Part shown: positions 12,961 to 27,250 of the stretch, in pieces
How positions within the stretch are numbered: the stretch's first letter is position 1
How the letters are laid out: each line of letters opens with the position of its first letter
Source: the human T2T-CHM13v2.0 reference genome, Homo sapiens
Reading direction: 5' to 3' (one strand)
DNA length: 64,000 nucleotides
Assembly: GCF_009914755.1 (NCBI RefSeq)
Contig: NC_060932.1
Made by a program: the position numbers and the translations under genes
Notes under the pieces: model-generated
The model's database searches: none
What the model was told of the DNA's origin: nothing
What the model saw: only the letters and a program-made list of their open reading frames with translations

Positions 12961-13907
12961 GTCTTTCCCAAAAGCGAAGTTAGTCCTCAAAATTTTAACA
13001 TGTATAATTCATGTACTTTGAGGCATGGAGAAATGACTTGTGTGTATGTTTTAGCTGGTAGAGGAAGGGCTCTTTTTAAATTAATTATGCATCTGATTAT
13101 GGAAGAAGACTGCAAAAATGTAATCAGGATAATAATGTTAAGCACATTCTTTTTACTTTCTCTCAATTTCCCTTTTTTCACTTGTGACTGTGTGTTCACA
13201 TCTGTAATTAGCAAGTTCATGGAAGGTCATGCTAATGCCTCTTCGATTGTTAATGTAATGCGGTGTAAATGTAACATAAAACAGATACAAAGCTGCCCTA
13301 GAAGAGATCTCGGCTCTAAACTGATTCTGCCCTACCTCAGCCTCTAAACTGATTCTGCTGTACCCTGAGATGGCTGTGATGCCATTTTCCTTGCTTTGAA
13401 GCAAGGTTTAATGCATCTTTGCTTGAAAAGTGCTGAAAGATGCTTGGGTATGGAGAGCTCTTGAAATTCCAAGAAATCATTTGAAAGACCCATGGGTTTT
13501 AGACGTAAATAACTTTAAATAAGCCACCAAATAAAGCCATCCAAATAGGCCACCTAGGGTCAAGTTTCTTAGTTATTTCATGGCCACACCTCACAGATGA
13601 AAAAACTTCATTTCCCACTAGATGTGATTCTCCACTGGCAGTACCCAGCAGAATCATGTTTATAAAAGCATGAAAACCCCTTCCTACTTACGGAATTTGT
13701 ATCTGGAGGTGCAGGTTGTGGGATGTGTCCCTTTAGAAAGCCCTGTTGGTGACTTGTATGAGCTACTGCAGCTAAGACACTATGTGAACAGAGCCCAAAG
13801 GGGAGGCACTGAATGTATTGGGGGCACAGTAGGGAGGGGAGTCATTTGAACAACACTGTGCAGGGTTTTGTATCCTCAGAATAGAAGAGTCTCTAATAAG
13901 TGAAGTA

Positions 13908-14345
13908 TGTGGAGTCCTAATAAGGAAAAAGGAGCCAGGCTGGTGGGAGCAGGGGAAAAGCAAAAACCAAAAGCAGATAAGCTGTAAGTCTGGCTTTCTT
14001 CATGGTTCGGGACACATAGCCGTCCTGCACAGATAACGCACAATCTTCTTGCACCTGAAATCACCAGACCATCACTTGATAGAAAAAAATGCAAGTTAAT
14101 GCACTGCAACCTTGGCATTTTCAGTACTGCATGTAGCCCTCTCCAGCACAAGCACCATCCTGTAAAATCTCCGGTAAGCCTTTGTCTCTTTGCAGTCAGC
14201 TCTTCTTTTGCTGATCTGCCCATTGCATCCTTGCAACATATTTTCATATTTTCTCTAATAAATCTGCCTTTCTTTACTTCCAACTGTCTTGGTAAATTCC
14301 TTTACCATCCACACCACCAGCCCCAGTTAGTCGCTACCCATGACA
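13908..14345 (+). mobile_element. Solo ERV1 LTR (LTR23-like)
   Basis: TG...CA termini (tgtggagtcctaa...catgaca), 438 bp, internal aataaa signal, flanks aagta / aagtg; matches recalled LTR23-family consensus. Confidence 0.85.
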
Positions 14346-14389
14346 AAGTGGATTGTTCAAGTATTTTTATTTTTAGTCTCACAAAATGT

Positions 14390-14515
14390 TAGCTCTAAAA
14401 GAGATCTTAGACATTGTCTTGTCCAAAGCTCTCTTCTTATAGGAGGAAACTGAGGCTCAGAGACTAAGCTGGGGTGAGAACTCAGTGCTTTGGGCTTTCA
14501 GTCAGGAGCACTTTG
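14390..14515 (-). mobile_element. MIR fragment
   Basis: gaggaaactgaggctcagag core motif. Confidence 0.7.
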
Positions 14516-14534
14516 AAAATACCCATTGTCTGTC

Positions 14535-14712
14535 TTTATTTTATTTTAATTAATTATTTTAAATAAACAGATTAAAATTTGTAAATTTATGGTGTACAAC
14601 ATGTTTTGAAGTATGTATACATTGTAGAATGGCTAATCAAGCTAATTAACATGTGTTACCTCACATACTTATTTTTTTGTGGTGAGGGTACTTAAAATCT
14701 ACTCTTAGCTAT
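14535..14712 (-). mobile_element. L1MA 3' end fragment
   Basis: tttatggtgtacaacatgttttgaagtatgtatacattgt...cttaaaatctactcttagc. Confidence 0.85.
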
Positions 14713-15165
14713 ACTTGTTCTCCCTAAACCCCAACTCTCTTTCTGTCTCTTTGTCTCTACTTGTCTTTCTCTTTCTCTCTCTCCCTGAGCAGGAAGGGTG
14801 ATCTTGGCCAGACAGAGACCTTATTCTTATCCCGTGTAGGGCTTATAGGTCATCACACATTTACCCTTGTATAGGCAAACCCCGTGTATGCTGTTCTACA
14901 AGTGTAAGCTTGTGAGACATGTTGGTGGCTGTACATTTATTTGGTAGCTATGAAACTTTGAAAGTTTGATGTTTTGCATGTATATATGGCTCCTACTCAG
15001 TGGTATTCAGGCATTTGGAAAGGCATGCAGAATATTGTCATCAGAAGAAAAGTGCAAAAGCAAATGAAAACTTGGCCCAACTCCAAACCCCATTGTTTGC
15101 ATTGTTTCCTAAGTAGAAAATGATTTAAACATAGAGACTTGGAGTGCTTCAAGAAGGAGGCATTC

Positions 15166-15203
15166 TTTTTTTTTTTTTTGAGACGGAGTTTTGCTCTTGT
15201 CAC
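15166..15203 (-). mobile_element. Alu 3' stub (24 bp plus A14 tail)
   Basis: T14 followed by gagacggagttttgctcttgtcac, the reverse of an Alu 3' terminus. Confidence 0.85.
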
Positions 15204-15969
15204 ATAACTTCACTCTTCAGAGTCCAGTTTAGCAAAGACAATATGTGTAGTGTTTCTGTCTCTAAGGAGCAGAATGATAGTTGGGCACAGTTTCTAAAAA
15301 CCTGTTTGCATGTTTGAACTGCAAGAGGCAGAAGACGAAGGGGGTGAAGCACACGATCCCATGCTTACCATCCACCTCTGAAGCATGATCATCTAGGGGC
15401 TAATGGGTTACAAAATGAGGAACTGCACAGTTTGCCTGTTCTTCTGATGATAGTCTTTATGAGATGGGAGCCCAGAGCACACTTTAAAATGTAATCTATA
15501 ATTCATTGCAGGTGAACCATAAAATGCAAAAACATTAATTTTTACAATGTCTCATTATTTATGACATTTTCCTGTCCTCTATTAAAAATATTTTTTGTTA
15601 GATGTATAGAATATTCACAGCTGCTAGATTATTTACAAGGAAGATGATAAACAGTTTTAATGATTTAGCTATTAGAAAATTAAATCAGTTTTTTTTTTAA
15701 AGTAGCTTGCTTTTGGGATGTTTTTGCATTGAATGTAGATCAAAACAGGGAAATGAAATTTACTTACCAAAACCTAATTGTCAAGTAAAATTTGATCTAA
15801 AAATAGGACTTGGAAATTTTATTTTAGTCAGGGTACATAGCAAAACACCCCAGACAGTGTTTTGAAAATGAAGAATATTTATTAGAGGAATTTCTTTGGA
15901 ATGAGGAACAGGTAGAAATATGAGTAAATGAGACCCAAGGCTTGCGAAGTTATTGGAGTTGCTCCAGTC

Positions 15970-16112
15970 GTTCATTCATTCAATCAGTGAGCATAGATGG
16001 GCCTCCTGGGAGCCATATATAGTGCCAGATACTGGGAGTATAAAGATGATAAAACAGGGTCTGTTCTCTCAAGTGGTTCCCAGTCTAAAGATGAGACAGG
16101 CACATGGAAACA
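15970..16112 (-). mobile_element. L2 3' end fragment
   Basis: ttcattcattcaa tail, gtgccagatactggg, cccagtcta pattern. Confidence 0.6.
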
Positions 16113-16711
16113 AAGCTACCACTTGGTCATTGCTGCAAAGGAGCTGTGTATAAAGCAGAATGGGCTCTTCTTCTGTGTCTGTGGAGTCTAAAAAGACTTG
16201 CCAGAATTCAGAATGTTTGATCTAAGCAGAGATTGTAAGGTGACAGAGGCTGATTTTATTTGACTTATTCAGCAGGCATAAAAAAGTTGAAGAGGAAATT
16301 CTTCAAGGTGATGTAGTAGACTGATGTCTTGATGAACCCAAACACATAACAATATGAGATAAAATATGAAAAAAGAAAGCTTAGCAGACACAGGTTCAAA
16401 TCAAGGCAAACATCTTCAAAAACTGGAAATGGAACAGAAACATGAACAGGTGGTAGAGCTAGAGTGAAGATGCACTGTGCTCTCAAGTGGCAATGATGGC
16501 CAGAAATTTGGCTTCTTCAAGAAGCAGAGGGTCCACTACAGGAGACAGAAGTCCCTCCCATACTATTTAAAATGAAAAGCTGGGAAAAATGCTGCAAATT
16601 ACTGCCTGAGTCAAAGTACCAAGAAACAGCCTTGTGAGCTGATAAAATCATCCTACTGTCTTGGTAACTGTGTCTATAATTCTCTTCAATTTCATCTAAG
16701 GGCCTATGCCC

Positions 16712-17167
16712 TGCAGTGGGTTGAAGAGCGTCCCCCAAAATTCATGGCTGCTCAGAATCTCAGAATGTGATCTTATATGGGAATAAGGTCTTTGTAGATT
16801 TGCATATGTAATTAGTTAAAGATCTTGAGATGAAATCAACTTGGATTAGAGTGGCCCCAAACCCAATAACTGTGGTGTCCTTATAAAAAGAGAAGACACA
16901 GAGACACATAGGGGAAAAGGCCATGTGAAGAGAGGGACATAGCTTACAATTAGCTGCAAGCCAAACCATGCCAGGGAATGCTGGAGCCAGCAGAAGTTAG
17001 CAGAGAGACAGGAAGATTCTTACCTAATACCTTCGGAGGGAGTATGGCCTTGCTGACACCTTGATTTCAGACTTGTGGCCTCCAGAACTATGAGACAATG
17101 CATTTCTGTTGTCTTAAGCCACGAGGCTTGTGGTAATTTGTTACAGCAGCCCTAAGAAACTAACATA
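16712..17167 (+). mobile_element. MLT1C-like solo LTR (ERVL-MaLR)
   Basis: tgcagtgggttgaa start, ctcagaatgtgatctta, ctgacaccttgatttcagact, tggtaatttgttacagcagccct end; 5 bp TSD tgccc / tgcct. Confidence 0.9.
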
Positions 17168-17169
17168 TG

Positions 17170-17494
<325 letters not shown>

Positions 17495-18914
17495 TTAGAA
17501 GACCTGGTCTGGACTTGGGGCTGGGTGTGGAAGGCATGTAAAGGCAACGATAGAGGAAAGCAGGCAAGCAGGCAGAGGTTGGTAGCAAGAGAAGTGAGCA
17601 TGAGAGTGACAGCAAGAGAGGGAGAGACAAGGCGAGGGACAGTGCAAGAGTATGTGGGTGTGAGGAGACATAAAGTCCCTGTCCAAGCCCAAACCAAAAG
17701 GCTTTTGTTCAAAATGACACTGCAACCATGAATTCATAAACACATGAAGAAAACTAGCATTAAGAAAAACCAATGGAATCAGCTATTGGAACATAAATGT
17801 ATTCCAGATGCAGTTAATTCTATTGCAGTGCCTGACACAGACTTTACTTATTTATTTCATTGATAAATGAGGTTTCCTGTTTCTGATACCATTAGTATCC
17901 CACTTCACACCATAAATTCTTTGATATTTTATATTGACATAGGCTTTAAAATAATTATAGTAGGATATGCAGAGGTAAATTAAAGTTTCACATTTATAAG
18001 GAAAAGAAATTATGAAACAAAAAAGCAGACATAAAAAATTAATAAACAGATATGAAAATAATTATATAGAATGTTATTAGCTGCTAAGAGAACAACAATA
18101 GACATATTTTCCTAAAAGTTTTCTGTTCATGAGAAAGTAGGTCCCAGGAAGCCCTGTGACCTAACATGGCCCTGGGCATTTTAGTCTTTGGGAGATCCTT
18201 AGTGGAAAATCTGATCCTTTGAGGACGTGCTTCCACTTACAGTAGAAGGAGAAAAAGGCCCACAATTTTCTTCTCCATTTCAAGCTGATTGAGCTGGTTG
18301 CTCTATTTTAAACGCTATGAGTCAGATCAAGCAATGTTAGCCATGTCTTATGTGTTGTGGATAACAGTTCTTATTTCTTGAAATCAGAACAGGCCTGAGA
18401 GTCAAGACTGGGGCCAGTGAGGTGGGTGTGGGCAGTGATGGGGGAGTGGGCGCAAATTCCTATGACCGAGTTGTCTGGACCTGGGCGAGGGCAAACATTT
18501 AAATCTTGTGTGAAGATTTTTAGTCAGTCCACCCTCACTGTGGGCCCTGACGCTTCCAGTCCAAGTAAGGCTTGTAGAAATTGTGACCAGGTTTGTCGTA
18601 AGGATCAAATGAGCTAATCCAGACACTATTTTGCAAGCTCTGAAGAGCTGTAAAAGTGTATAAATTGTAAACTTAAAATGAAGGCCAAGTATTTTATCTA
18701 ATGTGCTTAGTTTTGTGCCTGGATCTAGACATTTGTTGACTTGAAAAGTGAAAATAATTGTAAAGTAGCATATTAATCCAAATTATTTGGCTGTATCTGC
18801 TGATGCTCAAATGTTAAGACAGAAAAAAAAGAAAAAGCAATACAAGAAAGCAAAATAGTCTAGCAGTTATTATTAATATCTAATAGTGGGTGCTGTGCCA
18901 AGAATTGTTCTAAG

Positions 18915-19140
18915 TGGTTTAATAGTAGAATGGGCTTTGGAGTTAGATGGCCTGGGTTCAAATCTTGACGTTACTACACGGTGGCTGTGTGAACTTGGGT
19001 AAGTTACATAACCTTTCTAGACTTAATTTATCTCATTTAAAATGGAAATGATAATGGGCACATTGTGAGGATTATATATAATAATACATAGAGTTTAGTA
19101 ATATACCTAGTATGTTAATGAGCTCTTAATAAACATTAGA
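18915..19140 (+). mobile_element. MIR
   Basis: ggctttggagttaga, cctgggttcaaatc, gctgtgtgaacttgggtaagtta, ttgtgaggatta. Confidence 0.85.
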
Positions 19141-19143
19141 TAA

Positions 19144-19707
19144 TGTAGAAGTATTTGTTGGTTGCCTTCCCAGAATCCATTTTCCCCTTCATCTTTTTTC
19201 AGCATAATATTGAATTTCTCCACTATGTGGTTTGTATGAGAGTAACCTTACCTTCCGTGTATCAGGGTGGGCTCTGACTGGCCTAACCCAATCAGCTGGT
19301 TCTCCTAAATTTTTGGCCATAGGTATTATGTTAGGGATAGGCTGATGACCCAATTTGAACCAATAACGTAGGAGAAAATATTTGCTAGGGGCTTTTTTTT
19401 TTTTTTTTTTTTTTTGGAATTTTCTCTTTGCTCATTGGGTGAATAAGAAAGCACATAAACTTGGTGCTGCTGATAGCCATTTTGAGAATACAAGGGGCAT
19501 CTTTTATGAAGTTGATATCACGCAAGGCAGACTGTGGAAATGGAAAGAAACTAGGTCATTGGTGAAATCATTGAGCAGCTGGATCAAGTAGCACCTGCAG
19601 CCTGACTATCTCTCTTCTCAGTTATATGAGTGAATGCATCTCTTTTATTGTTTATGCTGTTGGAGTAGGGTTTTTCTATGACTTGTGACTGAAAGCATCC
19701 TGATACA
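19144..19707 (+). mobile_element. Old MaLR LTR (MLT1K/MLT1L-like)
   Basis: tgtag start, cccagaatccattttccccttc, gagcagctggatcaag, ends ttttctatgacttgtgactgaaagcatcctgataca. Confidence 0.7.
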
Positions 19708-20749
19708 AGTATTATTATTGCAACATGCCAAATGGCTGACTCATTCTAAAATGATGGTAATTATTGGCATTGAGAAAAATATTCAGGTGACTAGAATAGT
19801 TTTTTTCACGTGAACATTTAAGCTTTGAAACTGGGCTAAGATTGTATTTCTGAAATAATAAAGTTGAGCTTTAGTTACATTGGTTAGGAGATGGAGAATA
19901 AAGAAAATCAAATTGTAAAAGTCAGATTTCCTCCAGATATGCTGGTTTATCTGGATATGGTTTCCTTGCCATAGAAACCATAATATCATATTAGCTACTA
20001 TTCAGCAGTCACCTATTGTATTTAAGGAGCTCTGCTAGGTGCTATGCTTATATTTTCTTTAGTTATTTCTTAGAATTTTTAAATAAAGCAATGGTTTATT
20101 TATAAACCATTCTCTAAACAGAAGCTTAGGGAATGGTTTTAGGTCCTAGTGCCTAAAATAGTGCCCATTATGCTGAGCTCTCAATAACTAATTGTTGTGT
20201 GTTAATTAACTGCCCAAGTAAATTCAAAACTAGGGCTCAGACCTTTGTCTGCTTTCTTCCAAAGTCCTTGCTTCTGTCACTGTACCACATTGGTTCAGTG
20301 CATCAAAAATTCCATCCCATTATTACTAGAAGTTTGTTTATGGTGTAATTTACTGGATTGGTATCTAAGGCAAGTAGCTGTCAATTGAGAAAGTTTAGCT
20401 TTTTCAGAGTCAATTCCTAATTTCATCACATTTACCATTTTTTGACTTAGATCATTGCCAAGAGCAAGAGAGATAAGATATATAAACTCCAGGTTGCTAA
20501 GCCCAAGTAGTTTCTAGCCCTCAATGGAATTCTTTCTGTTACAAATTACATGCCTTAAGTTGACATCCGAAAGACTTGCCCCAAGTACTTTAAATAGAAC
20601 TGACAACCTGTATTCCAGATCTAACGTTGGTTATTCCAAATAAGGCTTTGGAATTCTCACCCCACCATAAAATACCTTTAAAAATACATTTTTTTTCAAT
20701 TTGCCCTGAAAGTTAAAAATTTCTAGAGTAAAAATGTGATTTATAATGA

Positions 20750-21091
<342 letters not shown>

Positions 21092-23164
21092 AAAAGATGT
21101 TATTTTTTTTTAGCATCCATTCGTTGTGAATTTCAATATTTTGAAATATTTTATCATGCCCAGATTAACCAACTTGGATCTCATACAGTAGATAATAGTC
21201 AGAAGTATTCTGTGTCTATGAAAATGGCCTTATTTTCATTAAGAAATAAAGAGAAATGACAGATATCTAATCTTGTTGAATGTCATAGCCTTCAGTACTT
21301 TCTGCTGCAGCACTTCTGCTGCTGAGTATAAAATTCAAGGTCCACATTGCCTACAGTAAATGTAAAACTCAGGCCCGCTAAGACCACAGTGGTTAATATG
21401 GTCTTTAAAATTTCCCATCAGAGCCTATATGGTTAATCAAGAAACAAAATGGTATTGTCAACACGTATGTAATAAGAACTACCATTTATTGAGTACCTAC
21501 TAAGTGGTAGGTAAAGTGAGAAAGGTAGCATAATGAATTGGCAGGGGCATGTTGGTTGAAGTTCTATACTAGCTTACTGAGTGTGTTAGCCTAGTGAAAT
21601 TATTTAACTAGTCAGTTTCCTCAGCTTTAAAATGCACATAAAGCTTTGTGTATGGTAAGATATTGATACCTATCATGATTGTTATTATCCTTGAATTTGA
21701 AAAGCAGAGCGGCAGAGCTGGTACTCTGATGTAAAGGTTATCAAGAAGGTCTTTAAATTCTGCTGCCGTTCTTTTGTATAATAGAGAAAATAGGCACTAT
21801 GGAACTTGGCCATGGACATGAAGGGCTTCCTGGAAGGGATGATATTTGATCTGTGCCTTAAATGATGAGTAGGGTTTTGGTAGGTGAAAATAATTAGCAT
21901 TTTATTCTCCAGGCTGTTTAGAATCTTAGTAGCATAAGCAGTGAAAGCAAATAGGTTTCCCTACTAATTTATTTACGATAATTCATTGGCAGAGTGAAGC
22001 AATTAATTAATGCTGTTTGTCATATGGGCCAGAGGAAAACATTTTGACATCTCTGTCTTGCTTATTATCCTCTACAAGTCTTTTCTCTCCTCCTTAATTT
22101 TTGGTCCTGAAAAGAATGTTTCCATTAAAGCCAGAATATTGAATGTAAAAAAACCCACTTTATCAATATGGCTTTACATAGACGTGTTTGAAGGAACAAC
22201 TATAAACCTTTAGTCAGAAACATGGTGGATGATATTGAAAATTAAAACCAACTTTCAGAATCTGAGCACTAACAAAATCTGGCAGCACCTCATTGTCCAG
22301 TCCCTGTTTATGTGCCTCTATTTGATACAGCTGAATCGAGTTCAAGGGGATATTAATACCCACAGTCACCTTTTAATCTGCACATGTTCTCATTTTCATT
22401 CTTCCAGACATCTCATCCTGAAATTCCTATCACAGCTAATGGACATGTTATTTAAAGTGTCACAAAGTTATTGTAGAATAAAGTTAGCCACACAAGGGGA
22501 CTGGGAGACACATTTTGAATAGATCTTTCTCAGTCCTTTTCAAAATAGTTCTGCCATAAGGTCTAAACCTTGAATAAAGTCCTGGGAAATATACACTAAG
22601 CTGAGCATATAGATGCTTGTTAGAAAGTGTTTCCTTTTTGGATCTTTGAGTTCTTTGGCATGAGTCATCATCAACTGTAAAAGAGCTTTTGATGGCGTCA
22701 AGAGCGTGTCCCTGTCTATATGGACAGACTCTGACTCCTTCTCGGAGGATAATTGATACCAGAAAAGGTGCTCTGAAAGCAAGTCTACTTCACGGTATTT
22801 CATGGTAAATAGTTAATCATTCAATCAATGAAAGATTAGATTGGAACGTTATCTTTAAACAGAAACCAAAAATTATGTACATAAGGATGCTTTCTCTTAC
22901 ATTTGATACAGTGAGGGTATGAATGTCTGCACTGATTAGAACCAAGAATGTACCAAGTGTTGATTGTTTTTATTTTTCTTTTTGCTATAATTTTCTGGGT
23001 AAACTATATAATAGTAGCAAATGCCATCTTTCGATGCACGTTTGACTCTAGCAACTTGTTTATAAATAAGAGCATTTTTTGCAAAAATTTTCAAAGGTTG
23101 ATATATTTTTCCAGGAGCCTCTCTCAATTCTCTTATATTGGAATAATTTTCTCCCCTCCCCACC

Positions 23165-23880
23165 TTTAAAAAAAACAGCTTTATTAATATATAACTCACA
23201 TATCACCCAATTGACTTATTTAAAATGGGCAATTCAATGGTTTTACTATTTACACAGAGTTGTGTAACCGTTACCACAGTTAATTTTAGAACATATTTAT
23301 AATTATACCCTTGAAAGAAATCACATGCCCATTAGCTGTCACTCCCCAATTCCCACCAAACCCGTTCCCTCTCCCTCTGACTCCCAGTTCTAGGCAACCA
23401 CCAATCTTTGCTGTGTCTGTGTAGATTTTTTATTCTGGTCTGTGTAGATTTTCTTATTCATTTTCTTATTCTGGACACTTCATATGAATGGAATCACATA
23501 AATCATATGTCTTTTATTACTTTTATGATTACCTTCTTTCACTTAGCATAAGATTTTCAAGGTTCATCCATGTTGTAGTACGTATCAGTGTTTCATCAAT
23601 TTTTATTGCGGACCAATATTCCATTGTATGAATATACCACATATTGTTTATGCATTCATCAGTCGTTGGACTTTTAGGTTGATTCCACCTCTTGGCTATT
23701 GTGAATAGTGCTGCTATTAATATGCATGTACAAGTACTTGTTTGAATATATCTGTTTTAAATTCTTTTGGGTGTATACCTATGTGGAATTGCTGGGTCAT
23801 ATGATAACTCTATGTTTAACCTTTTGAGGAACTGCCCGAGTGTTTTCCAAAGCAGCTATCCCATTTTACATTACCACATT
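23165..23880 (-). mobile_element. L1MB (L1MB3-like) 3' end
   Basis: cagctttatt...ttaattttagaacat...cccattagctgtcactcccc...ttttcaaggttcatccatgttgtag. Confidence 0.9.
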
Positions 23881-24354
23881 CTTTCAAAATAGCTATTTAT
23901 CATCATCATATTGTTTTTACTTCTTCAACTGCTCAGTTGTCTGACTTTGACAGATCCTCATTTATGGATAGTTTTGGAAATAACCTGAACAGTTTTCCAA
24001 CCTAATTTCGTCAACTTCATGAAACTGAGCCTCCAACAGATTTTGCCATTTCACTTGGCAATAGATTTACCCTCAAGTGACAGATACTGCATCCAGTTTG
24101 CGTATTTCTTAAAACAACCTCAGAAAGTAAGTATTATTAGTTGTAACTTAAAAGTGAGCAAATGTAGGCCCAGATAAATTAAATAATCAGCTAGTAGGTG
24201 GTTGGACCAGCAGTCAAACTATTGTGAAAAATGGAATTGGATTTTACAGGAAAAGTAATAAGATTAAGGGTAGTGTTATCCAGAGGCACTAATAACCTCT
24301 GAGCCTCCACTTAAGCTACCTTATATATTCCTCTCAGGAACTCTAAGCGAATAG

Positions 24355-24859
24355 GATAGAAATTAGGATGTTGGTGATGCAAGTAACATAAAACCTGAGC
24401 AAATGTGGCTTAAACCATTGTGGTTTATTTTTCTTACATAATACAAAGTCTTGGGGGAGGCAGTTACAGAGTTGATTCAGTGGTTTAATGTTGTCAGGCT
24501 TTTGAGTCTATTTCAGTGTGATCCTATTGGGTTTTTGTTCACAGTTGCAAGATGGAGTGTAAGCATTATGCCCTCACCCTGCTCTTCCCAAAACAGGAAG
24601 GGAGGAAAGATGTTTCTTTCTTCTTGTGTGTTTCTTTTATTTTACCAGGGAAAAAAATGTTTTCCCCAGAAGACCCTTGTAGACTTTCTGTTATGTTTTA
24701 CTGGCCACAGAGGAGTTCCATTCCTATTCCTATTTCCAAGAAGCTGGGAAAGCGAGTGTCTGACAATTTCAGCCTCTCTATTGTATGTAGGGATCTGTTG
24801 GCTTGGAAAAAGTGGGGGCAGAATGGCTGGTGCGTCATCAGTCTACCATGTCTGTTGCA
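24355..24859 (-). mobile_element. Old ERVL LTR (LTR33/LTR41-like)
   Basis: gcaagtaaca...gtggcttaaac...ggtttatttttcttacataa...gaagctgggaaagcgagt...ttcagcctct pattern. Confidence 0.6.
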
Positions 24860-24945
24860 GTTTGGAATGAATATCTCTAGTGTAAGGATCCCTGAAGCTC
24901 AGAGATGCTAAGTAACATCACACGGCTAGTTAGTGCTAAGACTGA

Positions 24946-25353
<408 letters not shown>

Positions 25354-25829
25354 TGAAAAATGTACCTATAGGTAGACAACTGTCTTACTTATCATACAAG
25401 TAAGAGAGATAGAGATGGTTAAAAAACATTTATTTTCTAGAGTATAAATTAAAGTTATTCTTGTTTATGTGTTGCAAAACAGGTTTTGGAGGCATTTGGT
25501 TTTTGATGAATTCTGTATATTTTTGGCTTCATAAAAATTAAAATCTCTTTTCCTCTCATATTATTTTTCTGAAGTAGATTATTTTGGGAAAATGTAAACT
25601 GAGATTTTAGAATTGGAAAACTGCCCTTTAGTTACTAACATTCTGGATTTTTGCTTGGAGGCAGGTGAAGAAAGTGATTTTAGTATTCCTTCAGCCAAAC
25701 AAATGTGTTTTCCTTCTGAACAGCCATGTGCTTACCTGGCAGAGGAGCACAATCTCATGTTAAGTCCATTTCAATTCTTTTCTTCAAATACATAGTCATG
25801 ATGTGTGAGTTAAAGAGATAACACTAAAG

Positions 25830-26000
25830 GTTTTGCATACCTTATCTCATTTGACCCTCACAACAACTCTGCTGGATACCTATCGATTTCCATTTTATCC
25901 CTGTGGAAACTAAGGCATAGAGAGATTAAATAACTTGTGTAAGGGCACACATTAGTAAACAGTAGAACTGAAACTTGGACCAAAGGCTTTCTGATTCCAA
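25830..26000 (-). mobile_element. MIR
   Basis: ttatctcatttgaccctcacaacaactct, ggaaactaaggcatagagagattaaataacttg. Confidence 0.85.
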
Positions 26001-27084
26001 AAAATATTCTTTTTTAAAAAAAGTCACATAATATCTTTTAATATATTAAAAATTGATGTACACAAAAACACTTAAAAACACAAATATACAAATTAAACAA
26101 ATTAGAATCATTACCCAGGGAAGGAGAGACAAAAGAAAATGTAAAATGATATATGGTAATGGCTGTGCAAGCATCAATTCTACATTCAACCTTAAGGTAA
26201 TGGGTATTAGGGGAAATGAGCAACCGATAAGAGGCTGGTAGTGGCAAAACCCATATTCTTAATCACATGCTGTATTCCCACTACATAGTAAACTATTTGA
26301 GCTTCATTGCCAACATTCCAAGATGAGAAAAGGCTACTACTAGAATTGTGGTTAATGAATAAATAACTTAGTATAAATTTTTTTGAGCTTGGATGAACTT
26401 TGCTCTTAATAATACCAATAAGAACCCTATTGTATTTGGAGGACTAAAGTTGACTCCAGAAGTATTTCTGTATGACTTAGAAGTATATTTTTAACTTCAA
26501 ACTTGTAAGTGCTTTTCCTCTTATAGGGAGAGGTATTGTCAATAACTTTAACAGGAGAGAATCCCAAAGAAAAGCTATTTTATTTGAGAATGAATATGTA
26601 GCCTCATGTAGAGACCTACTCAGGTTTAAGTGCCTTACATTAGATACCTTCAAGTCACTCTCTTTGTACCTGCCCCCAAAGTCCTATTCAGAGCAACCTC
26701 ATTCTGTCTGAGGGTGGGCTGTAGAAACTGTTGGTAAGATTGATATGTCAAATGGTCAAGTATCTGCAATCCAGAGTGGACTATCTCTGCCATCTGAGGT
26801 TGCAATGAGTTTATAGATGTTCCTGACCTTGTTTACAGAGGTGGTGGCCATTCTACAATAAAGTACATGAGAACTATATCTATCTGTTGGGAAGGATCCT
26901 TTTACCTCAAGGCCCCCTTCTGCTTCAGGTCATGCTTTGTGTAGCCCAGTGTTGCCTTCAGCCCCAGAGCCTAGCCTGATGATACTCATGAGGTCAAGCA
27001 TTTGTTTTGTATCTTAGTTTCTATTTCTTCTTAACCCTTATCAGCCCAGTGTTTTTAGGGTAGATGACTGTTATGTTAGGTAGG

Positions 27085-27250
27085 CCCACATCCGGAGTGT
27101 CTAGTTATGTGATGTTGGGCAATCTACCTATTTTTCTAAAACTCAGTTTCCTCCCCAGTAAAGATGGAATAATACAGGATTACTTGGGAATCAAATGAGA
27201 TGATGTTTGTAAAGTATCCTGAACAAATAACTCTTCTACCAATGCTGGTT
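27085..27250 (+). mobile_element. MIR
   Basis: tgtgatgttgggcaa, ctcagtttcctc, aatcaaatgagatgatg. Confidence 0.7.

Noticed and set aside
13876-14392. 135 aa and 97 aa ORFs
   Set aside because: Both lie mostly within the solo ERV1 LTR, which is non-coding
23414-23475. Serial short duplications (gtctgtgtagatttt, attttcttattc)
   Set aside because: Ordinary slippage inside an L1MB relic
25729-25830. Minus-strand CAG|GTAAGC donor as a coding exon end
   Set aside because: All three upstream frames contain stops within ~65 nt and no good acceptor is visible
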